The notes under the pieces are model-generated. The model did not search any database. It was not told the origin of the DNA and saw only the letters and a program-made list of their open reading frames with translations. The position numbers and the translations under genes are program-made. From Phycisphaerae bacterium (lineage in GTDB: Bacteria > Planctomycetota > Phycisphaerae > SM23-33), in contig DRGC01000032.1 of assembly GCA_011050235.1 (NCBI GenBank), positions 30,042-94,041 on the forward strand: DNA of 64,000 nucleotides, read 5' to 3'. Below, in pieces: positions 26,943 through 40,441 of this stretch; positions within the stretch are counted from its first letter, which is position 1, and every line of letters starts with the position of its first letter.

Positions 26943-27701
26943 CTATGCCTGACCGGCCGGCGCTACCGGCACGGCCATGACACGGTGTTTCAACGGTCGA
27001 AAGCCCCGGCCGAACTTCGCCGCAACCACCAGTACAATCAGCACCGCCAGCGCCGGGTAGGCGATGAACCGAGCGTAGAAGAACACCACCGCAAGCCATC
27101 CCGGCTTCTCGCCGTCGGCGCCGGCCTGGATGGTTTCCCGCAGGCGTTCCAACTGGTCCAGATTGAACGTCGCCCCGCACGCGATGGCCGAGTTTATGAT
27201 CGCCTGCCACGGCGTCATCACCGCCAGCAGGATCAACGACCAGTAGAAGGCGCCCAGAAACCCCGATGGCGCGCCGAGGCGGCCGAGCAGGGACAGCTTG
27301 ACGCTGAACATCACCGTCAGCACCAGCAGCAGCGCCAGCACAACGCCAAAGAATTTCGTCCCCGCCAGCGCCCAGGTCATGGCGTCGCGCAGCTTCGCCC
27401 GGGTCTCGCTGTCGGCTGTCTCGGCCGACGCGGCCGGGGTCGCGTCCGGGTCGACGGGAGCGGTATCCTCCTTGACCGCTATCTCGGTCTTTTCGCCCTC
27501 GGCCGGCGCTGCCGGCTGGGTCGTCGCCGCATCCGCGGCCGGCTCGTCAAGTCCGCCGCCAAAATGCACGAACGCAAACACGCCTACCTGAACCGCCAGG
27601 ACCAGCAACAGGCCCAGCAGCAGCCAGGTCTTCGCACAGCCAACGGACCTCAGTGCGTCGTGGAACTCCAGGGTATCGATTTGACCGGTTGTCGGTTCCA
27701 T
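26943..27701 (-). CDS. polytopic membrane protein (hypothetical)
   Basis: Start at MEPTTGQ. Four or more TM helices. Acidic, Ala/Pro-rich loop. Confidence 0.4.
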   Translation of the reverse strand: MEPTTGQIDTLEFHDALRSVGCAKTWLLLGLLLVLAVQVGVFAFVHFGGGLDEPAADAATTQPAAPAEGEKTEIAVKEDTAPVDPDATPAASAETADSETRAKLRDAMTWALAGTKFFGVVLALLLVLTVMFSVKLSLLGRLGAPSGFLGAFYWSLILLAVMTPWQAIINSAIACGATFNLDQLERLRETIQAGADGEKPGWLAVVFFYARFIAYPALAVLIVLVVAAKFGRGFRPLKHRVMAVPVAPAGQA

Positions 27702-27823
27702 AGCGGGCGCCTTTCCAACATCGTTCGAGGGGCCGCCCCGCATCGGTCCTGTCGATGCGGGGGCGTCGATTCTGTCGATGCGTATGATATCGACCGGCCC
27801 GGCCTCGGTTGTGTATGTTTTCC

Positions 27824-30619
<2,796 letters not shown>

Positions 30620-30850
30620 CCGTCATACCTCATGACACACATCGACCCGCCCGGACCGTGGGTTTCGTGGGACCATCATGTAACACATCGGCAAAACGGT
30701 CACCACAAAAAACATTCGCCCCCGCCCGAACCGCGGCCGCCCGTGAGCCGTAGGAACTGCAGCAACTATCGTCGGGGTCGTCCAGTGGGCCGCCCACGCG
30801 CGGCCCGCCCGCCCGTGCAGCGTCGAATAGGACCCGATCGGAGTCAGCGC

Positions 30851-31840
30851 ATGATCGCCAACGTTTTCCAGGGAATGCCGACTCGAGACGTGATGGTCCT
30901 TTTTTCGTTCCTGGCAGCGATCGGCGTGGTCTACGCGGCGACGGGCGTCATTGTGATCCGCTATCTTTGGCGATTGGCGATCGGGTCTAAGAAGCGCCCA
31001 ACGTCCGCTTGGCTGAAGTGGGGCCGGCGGGTCATATTGACTCTGGCCGTGGTGGGCGTGCTCTGCGGCCTGTACGGATGGCTGGTCGAGCCCTATTGGC
31101 TGGAGACGACGCACGCGCAGGCGCCGACCGCCAAGCTGCCGCCAGGCGCCAAGCCGATCCGCATCGTTCACATCAGCGACCTGCACTGCGACCCCAAGGT
31201 CCGCCTGGAAGATGAGCTGCCCCAAGCCGTCGCCGAGTTGAGGCCCGACATCATCTGCTTCACCGGCGATGCGGTCAATTCGCCCGCCGGCCTGGCCAAC
31301 TTCCGGCGATGCATGACGGCATTGGCCAAGATCGCGCCGACCTACGCCGTCTGGGGCAACTGGGAACACTTTTTCCCCACCCTCGACTACTACGGCGGCA
31401 CGGGCGTCCATCTCCTCGACGATACCTCGATCCAACAGACCATCGACGGCCAGCCTGTGACCATTGCCGGAATCCGTCACCGGCGTGACCTTCGATCCGG
31501 CATGCAGCGCGCCCTGGCGAGCATCGAGGGCGAAGGCCCGGTGGTGCTTCTGTGCCACATGCCCAGCATCATTCTCGAGCTGCCCGGCCGGGGTGTCGAC
31601 CTGTGCCTGTCCGGCCACATCCACGGCGGCCAGGTCGCCCTGCCGATCTATGGCGCGATGGTGACACTGACGCCGACGGGCAAGCGTTTCGAGCGGGGGC
31701 TATACAAACATGAGGACACGCACCTGTACGTTAGCCGCGGCTTGGGCATCGAAGGCGGCGGCAACGCGCCGCGCCTGCGATTCTGCGCCCGCCCGGAAGT
31801 GACGCTCATCGAACTGGTCCCCGACCGCCCGGCCCCCTAG
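30851..31840 (+). CDS. membrane-anchored metallophosphoesterase (calcineurin-like)
   Basis: Two N-terminal TM helices. Motifs IVHISDLHCD, FTGDAVN, GNWE and LSGHIHGGQ. It is the only genuine part of the 1343-aa ORF in the track. Confidence 0.7.
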   Translation: MIANVFQGMPTRDVMVLFSFLAAIGVVYAATGVIVIRYLWRLAIGSKKRPTSAWLKWGRRVILTLAVVGVLCGLYGWLVEPYWLETTHAQAPTAKLPPGAKPIRIVHISDLHCDPKVRLEDELPQAVAELRPDIICFTGDAVNSPAGLANFRRCMTALAKIAPTYAVWGNWEHFFPTLDYYGGTGVHLLDDTSIQQTIDGQPVTIAGIRHRRDLRSGMQRALASIEGEGPVVLLCHMPSIILELPGRGVDLCLSGHIHGGQVALPIYGAMVTLTPTGKRFERGLYKHEDTHLYVSRGLGIEGGGNAPRLRFCARPEVTLIELVPDRPAP

Positions 31841-34800
31841 GCCTGTGCGCCCCCTTGCCCCTCAGCCGACGACGTTCGCCGCGGCGCCTTCTGCGGCCAG
31901 GGGAGAATGAAGTCCAGGGCCATGGTCCGCAGCGAGCCCGTCTGCTGGGCGTTGGCGTGACGGCGGGCGATCTTCGCAAACTCCGGGAACCGGGCCTCAT
32001 CGGTATAGAACTCGATCATCGTATGCCCGTCGTCCAAACCGGCCTGTGTCCCATCGCCCAACAGCCAGGGCATCACCCAGCGCCCGTGGAACTCCCGTTG
32101 AATGCCCATGCGCGTGACGGCGAATGTCTCCGGGCTCTTTCGATAGCCAAGGAAGACGGCGACGATCGTCTCGCCCCTGAGCATCACGCGCGGGATGTTC
32201 GGGCTGAACTGGCGAGCCGGCGCCCCGGCCCCGTCGGCAAACCACTGGCGCAGGAACTCGTCCACCTGTTGCCAGGGCACGTCTCCAAGCGGCACGAGGC
32301 GGACGTCCTCGGGGATTTCCTTGCGGCGCCGATAACGGTCGACGATGCCCATGCACAGATCTCTGAACGTCACCCCGTCCATTATGTAGATCGATTCGAC
32401 CGTCGTCGTCTCGAAACTCAGCCGTTCCAGGCATTGCCGGAGCACCACCTGGCTCTCATCCTCGACAAGTGTCGACACCATCCGCTTGGCCCCGCCGGCG
32501 GCCGCCCGGGCCACAGCCGCGCGCATCAGGCGTGTCAGGAGCAGCGCCTCTTGCCCATCGCCCTGGGGAGCATCTGTTTGCTGACGCACGCTCAGTTTCA
32601 ACTTGATCGTATTGCCTGTGGGATCTTGAAGCTGCAGGACCACCGCGCCATGGACGTCGTTGACGCCGGCCGGATGTATCACCAGGACCTCCCGGTTGTA
32701 GGGATCGATGAACGGATTCTCGAACATTTGGCACAGCACGGGTTGATCCGAAGGCAACGTCGGCCGGACGATCCAGGTCGTCTGGCCCGGCGCGCCTTTG
32801 GCGGGGGCCCCCGCTTCGCCTGCGCCAGCCTCCGGCGAGAATGTCACCTCTCGTGCGGCGGCGTTTTCCGCCACGTAGTCGTCCAGGCACTCGTCGGCGG
32901 CGGCCAGGTCGTCGATGAACTGGCGCTGCCACTCGGCAATCTCCCGTTGGGCTTGTTGGATATGAGCATCACTGGCGGGAGGCGGCTCATCCAGGCCGCC
33001 ATCCGTTGAGGCCGACTTGCGCTGTGAAGGGCTGTCCCCGGCCTGCATCCGAGCCAGCGCTTCTTGTGCGGCCGTATGGTTCGGATCGATACCCAAGGCG
33101 GTCTCAAAGGCCTGTTTCGCGCGGTCGCAGTCGCCCAGCTCAGTCAGGGCCCTGCCCAGCGCCACGTGTCCGGCCGGGCGGGCGAAATCCACCCCCACAG
33201 CCTGCAGCGCCGCCTCGGCGGAAGGGGCGAACTGTCCCCAGCGATACAGGGCCTCCGATAGGCCCATGTGGCCCGGCCAGAAACCGGGGGCCAATTCGAC
33301 CGATCGCGTAAAGGCCTCAATAGCCCGCGGCAGGTGATCCGTCAGCAGACAGGCCCGGCCAAGATGGTAGAACAGTTCGGGAATCGGTGGGTCGTCCTCC
33401 GCCGCCTGTTCCAACAGGTCCATCGCCTGGTCGGTCTGTCCGCTGTGCAAGGCGATCAGGGCGGCCATCAACTTCCCGACCGGCTGGTCAGGGAACGACC
33501 GGGCGATCGGCGCCGCCAAGGCGAGGGCCTGGCGGACCTGCCCCCCGACATAGAGCGCGTGCGTTGCGGTCAGGGCCCTGGCTACGTGCAACGGATGGGT
33601 GTAGTACAGGCGAAGCAGCAGCGGCAGGGCCATCCTCTCGCGCGAAGAGCCCAGAAACGTTCGAGCCAGGTTCCACTCACGGTCCGTCCGGACGCCCGTC
33701 GCCGCCCGGTCCGCGTGGGCGGCGAAAAAACCGATCTCCTCGATCCATGAAGCCGGGGCGGCCAGGTGATCCGCCGGCGGGCGATGCGGCGGGGCCTGAT
33801 CCCACGACGCGGCCATCTGGATCGACAAAGGCGGCTGGCTGAAGGCCTCCGTTAGCACTCGCCCGTCCATGTCATCGCCCGGGGCCAGGCCGCACAGATG
33901 CAGAACGGTCGGACAGAGGTCGAGGCTATGGACGTTGTGAATCAACTCGCCTTCGACCACGCCCGGCGCCCGCATGACGAAGATACCTTCGCCTCGATAG
34001 ACCGAATCGAGCGGCATCAGTTGCGCTGCTCTGCGCCGAGGCCGTCGGGCAGGCGGCGCAAAGCTGCAGGCCGAGTACAGCACGATCGCAGCGTCGTCGC
34101 CGGCCAACTCCAACAGCCGTCCGAGGAGCAAATCACACAGCCGCACCGCAGCCGCCGCCACGCCGCTGAACAGTTCAAATCCCCGCATGTCCACCCACGG
34201 TAGGCGCGGGGGATGGTATTTCAGAAACTGCATCCACAACGCCTCAATAGCGGGATAGGTCACCGACGTGACGTCCCAGTCGGTCTTCTCCATCAGCCTG
34301 GTCACGACCGCGTGGATGGACAGGGTCTGGGAGACGATGGCGGCAATGGTCACCAGCCGCGGGTCGTGCGCATCGAACTGCCCGAAACGCGGGACGAACA
34401 GGGCCATCGTCTCGGCATCGATCTCTTCCAGGGAGACGACGAACTCCTTGAGGGATCCGAGATGATTGGCCGGCAGGACGCTGCCGAACGGCACGACGAA
34501 CGATGATTGATAGCTGGCGGGGATGTTTCGGAAGAACTCCGGGCTGACGAAGACACCGTTGACGGGCTCGGCCGGCGCGGTGGCGGGGAAACTGACGACG
34601 TTGCAGCGGCGCCCGCTCTGCGAAACGATCTCCCAGAATGCCTTGGCCCGGCGCGACAGGCTGTTGACGGCCTGCACCGCCCCGTTGCTGCGGACCTCAC
34701 TGGGCCCCAGAACGCCGTGTTTGTCGGCGCGCTTGCCGGTCGCGACGGTGTTATGCACGATCGGAGCGATCAGGGGTCCCTGGGTCAAGGGGGTCCCCAT

Positions 34801-34941
34801 CACCCCCTGGTCGACGAGGCGTTGGAGATTGGGCAACTGCCCGCTATCCAGCATCGGGGTGATCTGGCGCCACCCGGCTGAATCCCAGCCGACCATCAAG
34901 ATCCTGGTGCACTTGGCCTGACTCGAACTCATCATTTGCAT
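31837..34941 (-). CDS. 1034-aa protein: N-terminal AlkP-superfamily NPP/type-I-phosphodiesterase-like domain + TPR repeats + unassigned C-terminal domain (paralog A)
   Basis: ILMVGWDSAGW...TPMLDSGQLPNLQRL...HNTVATGKRADKHGVLG resembles the NPP motif around the catalytic Thr, but the Thr position is not conserved. Central TPR repeats. The C-terminal ~350 aa are unassigned, possibly GNAT-like. Confidence 0.6.
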   Translation of the reverse strand: MQMMSSSQAKCTRILMVGWDSAGWRQITPMLDSGQLPNLQRLVDQGVMGTPLTQGPLIAPIVHNTVATGKRADKHGVLGPSEVRSNGAVQAVNSLSRRAKAFWEIVSQSGRRCNVVSFPATAPAEPVNGVFVSPEFFRNIPASYQSSFVVPFGSVLPANHLGSLKEFVVSLEEIDAETMALFVPRFGQFDAHDPRLVTIAAIVSQTLSIHAVVTRLMEKTDWDVTSVTYPAIEALWMQFLKYHPPRLPWVDMRGFELFSGVAAAAVRLCDLLLGRLLELAGDDAAIVLYSACSFAPPARRPRRRAAQLMPLDSVYRGEGIFVMRAPGVVEGELIHNVHSLDLCPTVLHLCGLAPGDDMDGRVLTEAFSQPPLSIQMAASWDQAPPHRPPADHLAAPASWIEEIGFFAAHADRAATGVRTDREWNLARTFLGSSRERMALPLLLRLYYTHPLHVARALTATHALYVGGQVRQALALAAPIARSFPDQPVGKLMAALIALHSGQTDQAMDLLEQAAEDDPPIPELFYHLGRACLLTDHLPRAIEAFTRSVELAPGFWPGHMGLSEALYRWGQFAPSAEAALQAVGVDFARPAGHVALGRALTELGDCDRAKQAFETALGIDPNHTAAQEALARMQAGDSPSQRKSASTDGGLDEPPPASDAHIQQAQREIAEWQRQFIDDLAAADECLDDYVAENAAAREVTFSPEAGAGEAGAPAKGAPGQTTWIVRPTLPSDQPVLCQMFENPFIDPYNREVLVIHPAGVNDVHGAVVLQLQDPTGNTIKLKLSVRQQTDAPQGDGQEALLLTRLMRAAVARAAAGGAKRMVSTLVEDESQVVLRQCLERLSFETTTVESIYIMDGVTFRDLCMGIVDRYRRRKEIPEDVRLVPLGDVPWQQVDEFLRQWFADGAGAPARQFSPNIPRVMLRGETIVAVFLGYRKSPETFAVTRMGIQREFHGRWVMPWLLGDGTQAGLDDGHTMIEFYTDEARFPEFAKIARRHANAQQTGSLRTMALDFILPWPQKAPRRTSSAEGQGGAQA

Positions 34942-35034
34942 TGACGCCTTCGGTCACCGGACGGGGGGCCGCCGTCACAACCACTGCAGCCGCCGACGGA
35001 TGGCCGGGGAGCGCTCGAGCCAGGCCCGCTGAGG

Positions 35035-38000
35035 CTATGGTTTCTTCTGGCCCGGCTGCGACCAAGGCACGACGATATCCAGTGTCATGATCCACGTCCG
35101 GGCGAGTTCTTTGCCGCCCGTCCGACGGCCGATTCGGATCATGTCAGGAAAGACGCTCTCATCGGCATACAAGTGGATCGTCCGCAGACCGCTGTCGTAG
35201 CCGGCCTTGGCCCCGTAGCCGACAAGCATCGGCGTCGCCCAACCGTTCTGGTATTCGTCCAAGACGGCAAGACGCGGCGAAATCCATATGTCATCTTGCA
35301 CATGACCCACGTAGCCCGCGATGATCTCATCGCCGCGCAGGATCACCAGCGACAGACGCTCATCCAGGCCCAGTCGTCCGGGCCCCACACCGTCGTCGAA
35401 GAAGCCTTGGAAGAACTGGTCGACCTTGTGCATGGGCACATCCCGAAACGACACAACCCGGACGTCGTCTGGGATCACCTGCCGCTGCCTGCAGCGCTCG
35501 ACGACCCTCAGACACCGATCGCGTGTTGCGGCCATGTCCATGCCAAAGACCATCTCGCGTTTCTTGACCCGGAAGCCCACTCGTTCGAGGGATTCTCTCA
35601 GTTGCCCTTGTCCTTCAGGGGAAAAGGCGTACGAGACCGCCGTTGCCCCGGAGGCGACCGCACGAATGATGCCCGCACGAATCAGCGCCCATCGCGCGGT
35701 GTTCTCGTCTAGGCCGACATCGGCCGCCGCGGCGAGGGAGGCGAGATAGGGCACAAGCGCGATGCGCTTGCCGGTGTTGTCGCCTGTCCGCAGGGATACG
35801 GCGCCGATCAATGGGATTTCGCCCTCCCGGTGAAGGACAAAGACGTCATGGCGATGGTGTTCCGTCAGCACCCGGGAGGTGATTTCGCTCACCTGGCCAA
35901 AATCAGCAGGCATGATGGGGCGTACGACAAGCCCCATGTCGGTCAGCATCGGCCCGGATATCTCGCTCGATTCCGCCGGCGGCGCCTGGTCGTCCTGGTC
36001 GGCCAGTTGGCTGGCGTTGGTGGCAAGATACGCATCCAACTGCTGATCCGCTTGTCGGAAGCAGTCGATAAAGTTGTTGGCCCAGATCGAGACCTCTCGA
36101 CGGGCGCCGGCGACACCCAGGCGCAATTGGTCCACATCCCAGCGTGACGGCCCCTCACCGGCCAGGGGCAGGGCGTCCTCCTCTTCGACGTCCTCAAGCT
36201 CCCCACCGGATTGCAGGTGGGCCAGTCGGTTCTTGGCCAGCGTGAAATTCTCATTGAACCTCAGGGCGTTGGCGTAGGCCTGCTTGGCTTGCTCCGGATC
36301 GTCGAGTTTTTCCAGACACATGCCCAGCATATAGTGGGCCGGCGCGCTGGAGAAGTCCACCGACAGGGCCTGCAGCGCCTCGTCGGCGGCCGCTTCGTGC
36401 TCTCCCGACGCGAGGCGCACCCGACTGCGTCCCAGATACCCGGGGATGCAGGTCGAATCGATCTCGATGGCCTGGGTGAAGCAGTCCATGGCCCGGCCCA
36501 GTCGGTGCGCTCGCCGATGGACTTCCCCCAGGTAGAGGTACAACTGGGGGATCGGCGGATTGTCTTTAGCGGCATCCTCGAACAGATCCAGGGCCTCATA
36601 GTCGCGGCCTTCGCTCTGGGCGATGACGCCGGCCATGCACTTCCCAGCCGGGGACTGGCCATGAACGGACACAAAGTTCCGCATGACGGTGATCGCTTCT
36701 TCGGTGAGGCCGTGGAGATATAGCGACTCGGCCACCAACGGCGCCATCTCCGTCCAGAACGGGGTGACATAGTATAACCGGGTCATCAGAGGCAGGGCCA
36801 GATCGGGGCGCGAGGAGTTCAGGCAGGCTTCGGCCTGGTTCCAGTCGTTCTGCATCTGCACCCATAGCGCATTCCGACCGCCATGCGCTGAAGTAAAGGA
36901 CATCTGCTCTGTCCACGGGATCGGCTGGCGGTCCTCGGGCAACGCCGGTCTGACGGGCGGACGTGTCTCCCAGGTCTTGATGGTCTTGGCCTGAGGCAGT
37001 GGTTGAGCGAACGCGTCGGTCAAGACGCGACCGTCCATATCCTCCGGCACGGCGACATTGCACAGGGCCAGCACCGTCGGACAGAAGTCCGTCTCTCGGA
37101 CGCCATGAATCAACTCATCACGTCGCGTGCCGTCGGCCCGCATGACGAAGATGCCCTGCGGCCGATGCAGCTGCGCTTCCGTCCGAGGCCCGGACACTGG
37201 GGTCTGTGACACCCGATGATGCGCCTGATACGCCCGCGGGGAATAGATAATGACCGCGGCATCCTCGCCGGCCAACGCCAGCACGCGCCCCAGAAGCAAG
37301 TCACACAGGCGGACCGAACTGTTGACGACGTCCTTGAACAGGTCGAACTCCTCTGGGTCCACCCAGTCCAGACGAGGGGGATGGTACTGCAGGAATTTTC
37401 GGGAGAACACCTCGATGGCGGGATAGTTGACGCTCATGACGCGCCACTGCGAGTTTTCCATCAGCCACGTCGCCACCGCATGCACGGACAGCGTTTGCGT
37501 CACGGCGCTGGCAATCTGAGCCAGGCGATCGTCACGGAACGACAACTCGCTCATCCGCGGCACGAACAAGCCGACGGTGGGCGGATCCAGATCTTCCAGA
37601 GCGACGATGAACTCCTGAAGCGTCGACGCCAAATCAGCGGGCCAGACACTGTCTTCCGGCACGTGCACCGGGCTCCAACTGCTGGTCCGCTGGCTGCCAA
37701 AGAATGCACGACCGACAAAGCTGCCGCTCGTTTCTTCGGCGGGCTCGGCCGTGGGAAAATTGACCACGTTGCATAGAACGTCATTCTGCGAGAGGATCTC
37801 CCAGAACGCTTTGGCGCGGCGTGATAGGCTTGTGATCGGCCGGAACGACTGCCCGTAGCTGCCCATCTCGTGGGTGCCGAATATGCCATGCTTTTCCGGA
37901 TACTTGCCAGTCGCCAGAGAGGAGTACACCATCGGCTCCATTACAGGTCTGACCGATGTCATCGACCCCATCACCCCTTGCTCGAGGACCCGGGCCAGAT

Positions 38001-38145
38001 TGGGCAGTTCGCCACGGTCCAGCAGAGGGGTGATCACGTCCCAGCCGGCCGCATGCCAGCCAACCAGCAAGACTTTTTGATCCTTCGGATTACTCTTAGG
38101 CGCCACGGTGGTACTCCTGTACGAGGTGCACTCGGCGTGCTTCAT
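35035..38145 (-). CDS. 1036-aa paralog B of the NPP-like/TPR protein
   Basis: Same architecture. LLVGWHAAGW..TPLLDRGELPNLARV...SSLATGKYPEKHGIFG is a very NPP-like block. About 45-50% identity to paralog A over the N-terminal domain, by eye. Confidence 0.6.
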   Translation of the reverse strand: MKHAECTSYRSTTVAPKSNPKDQKVLLVGWHAAGWDVITPLLDRGELPNLARVLEQGVMGSMTSVRPVMEPMVYSSLATGKYPEKHGIFGTHEMGSYGQSFRPITSLSRRAKAFWEILSQNDVLCNVVNFPTAEPAEETSGSFVGRAFFGSQRTSSWSPVHVPEDSVWPADLASTLQEFIVALEDLDPPTVGLFVPRMSELSFRDDRLAQIASAVTQTLSVHAVATWLMENSQWRVMSVNYPAIEVFSRKFLQYHPPRLDWVDPEEFDLFKDVVNSSVRLCDLLLGRVLALAGEDAAVIIYSPRAYQAHHRVSQTPVSGPRTEAQLHRPQGIFVMRADGTRRDELIHGVRETDFCPTVLALCNVAVPEDMDGRVLTDAFAQPLPQAKTIKTWETRPPVRPALPEDRQPIPWTEQMSFTSAHGGRNALWVQMQNDWNQAEACLNSSRPDLALPLMTRLYYVTPFWTEMAPLVAESLYLHGLTEEAITVMRNFVSVHGQSPAGKCMAGVIAQSEGRDYEALDLFEDAAKDNPPIPQLYLYLGEVHRRAHRLGRAMDCFTQAIEIDSTCIPGYLGRSRVRLASGEHEAAADEALQALSVDFSSAPAHYMLGMCLEKLDDPEQAKQAYANALRFNENFTLAKNRLAHLQSGGELEDVEEEDALPLAGEGPSRWDVDQLRLGVAGARREVSIWANNFIDCFRQADQQLDAYLATNASQLADQDDQAPPAESSEISGPMLTDMGLVVRPIMPADFGQVSEITSRVLTEHHRHDVFVLHREGEIPLIGAVSLRTGDNTGKRIALVPYLASLAAAADVGLDENTARWALIRAGIIRAVASGATAVSYAFSPEGQGQLRESLERVGFRVKKREMVFGMDMAATRDRCLRVVERCRQRQVIPDDVRVVSFRDVPMHKVDQFFQGFFDDGVGPGRLGLDERLSLVILRGDEIIAGYVGHVQDDIWISPRLAVLDEYQNGWATPMLVGYGAKAGYDSGLRTIHLYADESVFPDMIRIGRRTGGKELARTWIMTLDIVVPWSQPGQKKP

Positions 38146-38286
38146 TCGACACAGACAGAATCGGCATCAATCGGACCTTCCTTAAAGAAATCCTTCTCAG
38201 CGCGACCACAACACCTCTTGTAAGCAGTCACTACATCGCTAGCGGCGCCGGGGGGAGAGATCTGCCTCGCGCCGGTGGGCCCGGGC

Positions 38287-40266
38287 CTATGGGCCGCGAC
38301 GTTTGTGAAGCTCTGCCCAGTCGTTCGTGAAACTCTTGAGTATAACCGGAAGCAGCAGAGTCGGTTCGACCATATAGCGAAGGATATCATACAAGAAGAC
38401 ATTGGGGCTGGCGCTCGCGTTCCGCAGGCGGAACCGACGGTAGCCGAGGTCGTAGACACGCTTGAGTTCCATGACGGTGAAATTACGGGATCGCGGGCCG
38501 GGCGCCAACCTGGCCCTCGGTGTTGACGATTCGTCTTGACCGCCCTCTGGCGTGCTGCCCCAGGGGGCGTCGTCGTTGACCACGATCTCGATTCGGTCGC
38601 GATCGAGTCTGGCCAGCAAATCCAGATCGAACCCGTCTGAGGGAGATACGGCAACGACGTCGAATCGTTCGGCCAGCGCGTTGTAATGCTCCGCTTGTCC
38701 GCAGCCGCCTTCGGCGATCGTCTTGGCCAGCGATGCCGAGAGCCTCAGCTCCGGATGTCGAGATCGAATGTGATCAGCCAGCACGTCGCTGGCGACCTCT
38801 ACGCCGTTGAGGCGACTTTCGTGATCGAGGATCTCCAGGATGCCATTGCCCGACTCATCGCCAAGATCGGCCGATTGGAGTTGGTGGCTGTTGAAGATGC
38901 AGAACACCCCGATATCCATCTTATTGAAACGCCCAACGACCTCAGCCCACCCCGCCAAGTTCAGCCTGGATCTTGCCGATCGGGGCAGCCCGTTCCAACG
39001 CACCTGAAGTTCACCGTAAACGCCATCGACGCTCGTCTGACACTTGAGCTCTTCAGTCAACACACCAAGGACGTTACGGATCACCTGTCCGTGGGCGGTC
39101 AGGCCCTCGATCGACCAACGACCATCCGGCCATAGCGGATGTCGACCCTCCATTCCGGTCGGCAGGCCGGTTCCAGCCATGATGGCCGGGCCCACGACTG
39201 TCGGCAGGGCTGGCGCAGGCTCTGCGGGGCATGCCTCGACGGCGGTCGACGCGGGGACACCGGTCTTCGCTTCCTGCAGGTGGGCGCGGCGGACATTCCT
39301 GACCGATTCCAGGGCCTGGCGGGTGACTTGGCCTGAAACGAAGGCCTTGAAGATGACGGGCGTAAGGAGTTCCGGCTCGACCGAGAAGCGAAGCAGGTCG
39401 AACAGGAATGTGCCCGGCATGTTCTGACGCCCCTGCAGCTTGAAGCGGCGGAAGCCCATCTCGTAGACCCGCAGCAAATGCGCCATGGAGAAGTTGCAGG
39501 ACCGCACGACCGGCGTAAGCCGCCCCCCGGGCGCTCGGCAGTACTTCTTTCGCGTGTATTCGTACTCCAGATCGGAGGCATCGGGTAATCCGGACTTTAT
39601 CAGCTCCGCCATCACCTGGTAGTCGTTTATGCGGTGCGTGCACAGATAGGCACAGTCCTCATTGACCATGATCTCGGTCTTCTCGCGGTCGAGCTGCTCC
39701 AGCAGGTCATACTCAAACCCGTCATCGGGATGCACCATGACGCCGTCGTACCGCTTCAGGACCGAGCGATAGTAGCCCAAATCGCCGCGCCCCTCTTCTT
39801 CGGTGACTTTGACGATCGAGGCCGTCAGCCTCAACTCCGGGTGCCTTTGGCGAACGTAGTCCAACAGCAGATCACTAGCCAAGATCACACCGTTGAGGCC
39901 CAGACCATTGTCGATGCCCTCCAGCAGCATGTTGCAGTTGGCGTTCGCCAGATCGCTCTTGTCCAGCAAGTGATTGCTGAAGGTGAAGTAAACCCCGATC
40001 CCCACATCGTTGAATGACCGCACCATTGCCTCCAGGGCTTCCGGTGTCGGTACCCGCACGGTGCTGATCCGACCGCAATTCCACGGGACCTCAGGCGCTC
40101 CATGAATGCTGTCAAGATTCAAGTGGCAGCCGTACCGATCCTCAAGGACGCTGTAGACCTGGAGGATCAACTGGTCATGCACGAACAGGCCGGTGAGGTT
40201 CCAGTGCGCCTCCGGCCAAAGAGGATTCCTCGCTTGATAACCGAATGGCAGTGAGTCCGTCATCAC
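38287..40266 (-). CDS. 659-aa protein made of two tandem copies of an uncharacterised ~300-aa module (paralog 1)
   Basis: Module hallmarks are NPLWPEAHWN / HPLWPDGRWS, FNDVGIGVYFTFSNHLL / FNKMDIGVFCIFNSHQL, HPELRLTAS / HPELRLSAS, VNEDCAY / VNDDAPW, RVYEMGFRRFKLQ / RVYDLGYRRFRLR and EPELLTPVIFKAF / EPTLLLPVILKSF. A beta/alpha pattern suggests a TIM-barrel-like fold. Confidence 0.55.
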   Translation of the reverse strand: MMTDSLPFGYQARNPLWPEAHWNLTGLFVHDQLILQVYSVLEDRYGCHLNLDSIHGAPEVPWNCGRISTVRVPTPEALEAMVRSFNDVGIGVYFTFSNHLLDKSDLANANCNMLLEGIDNGLGLNGVILASDLLLDYVRQRHPELRLTASIVKVTEEEGRGDLGYYRSVLKRYDGVMVHPDDGFEYDLLEQLDREKTEIMVNEDCAYLCTHRINDYQVMAELIKSGLPDASDLEYEYTRKKYCRAPGGRLTPVVRSCNFSMAHLLRVYEMGFRRFKLQGRQNMPGTFLFDLLRFSVEPELLTPVIFKAFVSGQVTRQALESVRNVRRAHLQEAKTGVPASTAVEACPAEPAPALPTVVGPAIMAGTGLPTGMEGRHPLWPDGRWSIEGLTAHGQVIRNVLGVLTEELKCQTSVDGVYGELQVRWNGLPRSARSRLNLAGWAEVVGRFNKMDIGVFCIFNSHQLQSADLGDESGNGILEILDHESRLNGVEVASDVLADHIRSRHPELRLSASLAKTIAEGGCGQAEHYNALAERFDVVAVSPSDGFDLDLLARLDRDRIEIVVNDDAPWGSTPEGGQDESSTPRARLAPGPRSRNFTVMELKRVYDLGYRRFRLRNASASPNVFLYDILRYMVEPTLLLPVILKSFTNDWAELHKRRGP

Positions 40267-40441
40267 AGGCGGCCCTTTCTCAACACGTAACCTACCGTCA
40301 TCATTCCCTTAAAGGCAGCTAGGCCCAAGCCGGCTTGGACGGCTCAGTGAATTATAATGTCCTGCCCGCCTGCCGACAAACGAGAACCCATCCCCGGGTG
40401 CATCGGAATGGGTCGACGGCGGCCGGTCCGCCCCGTCGTCC

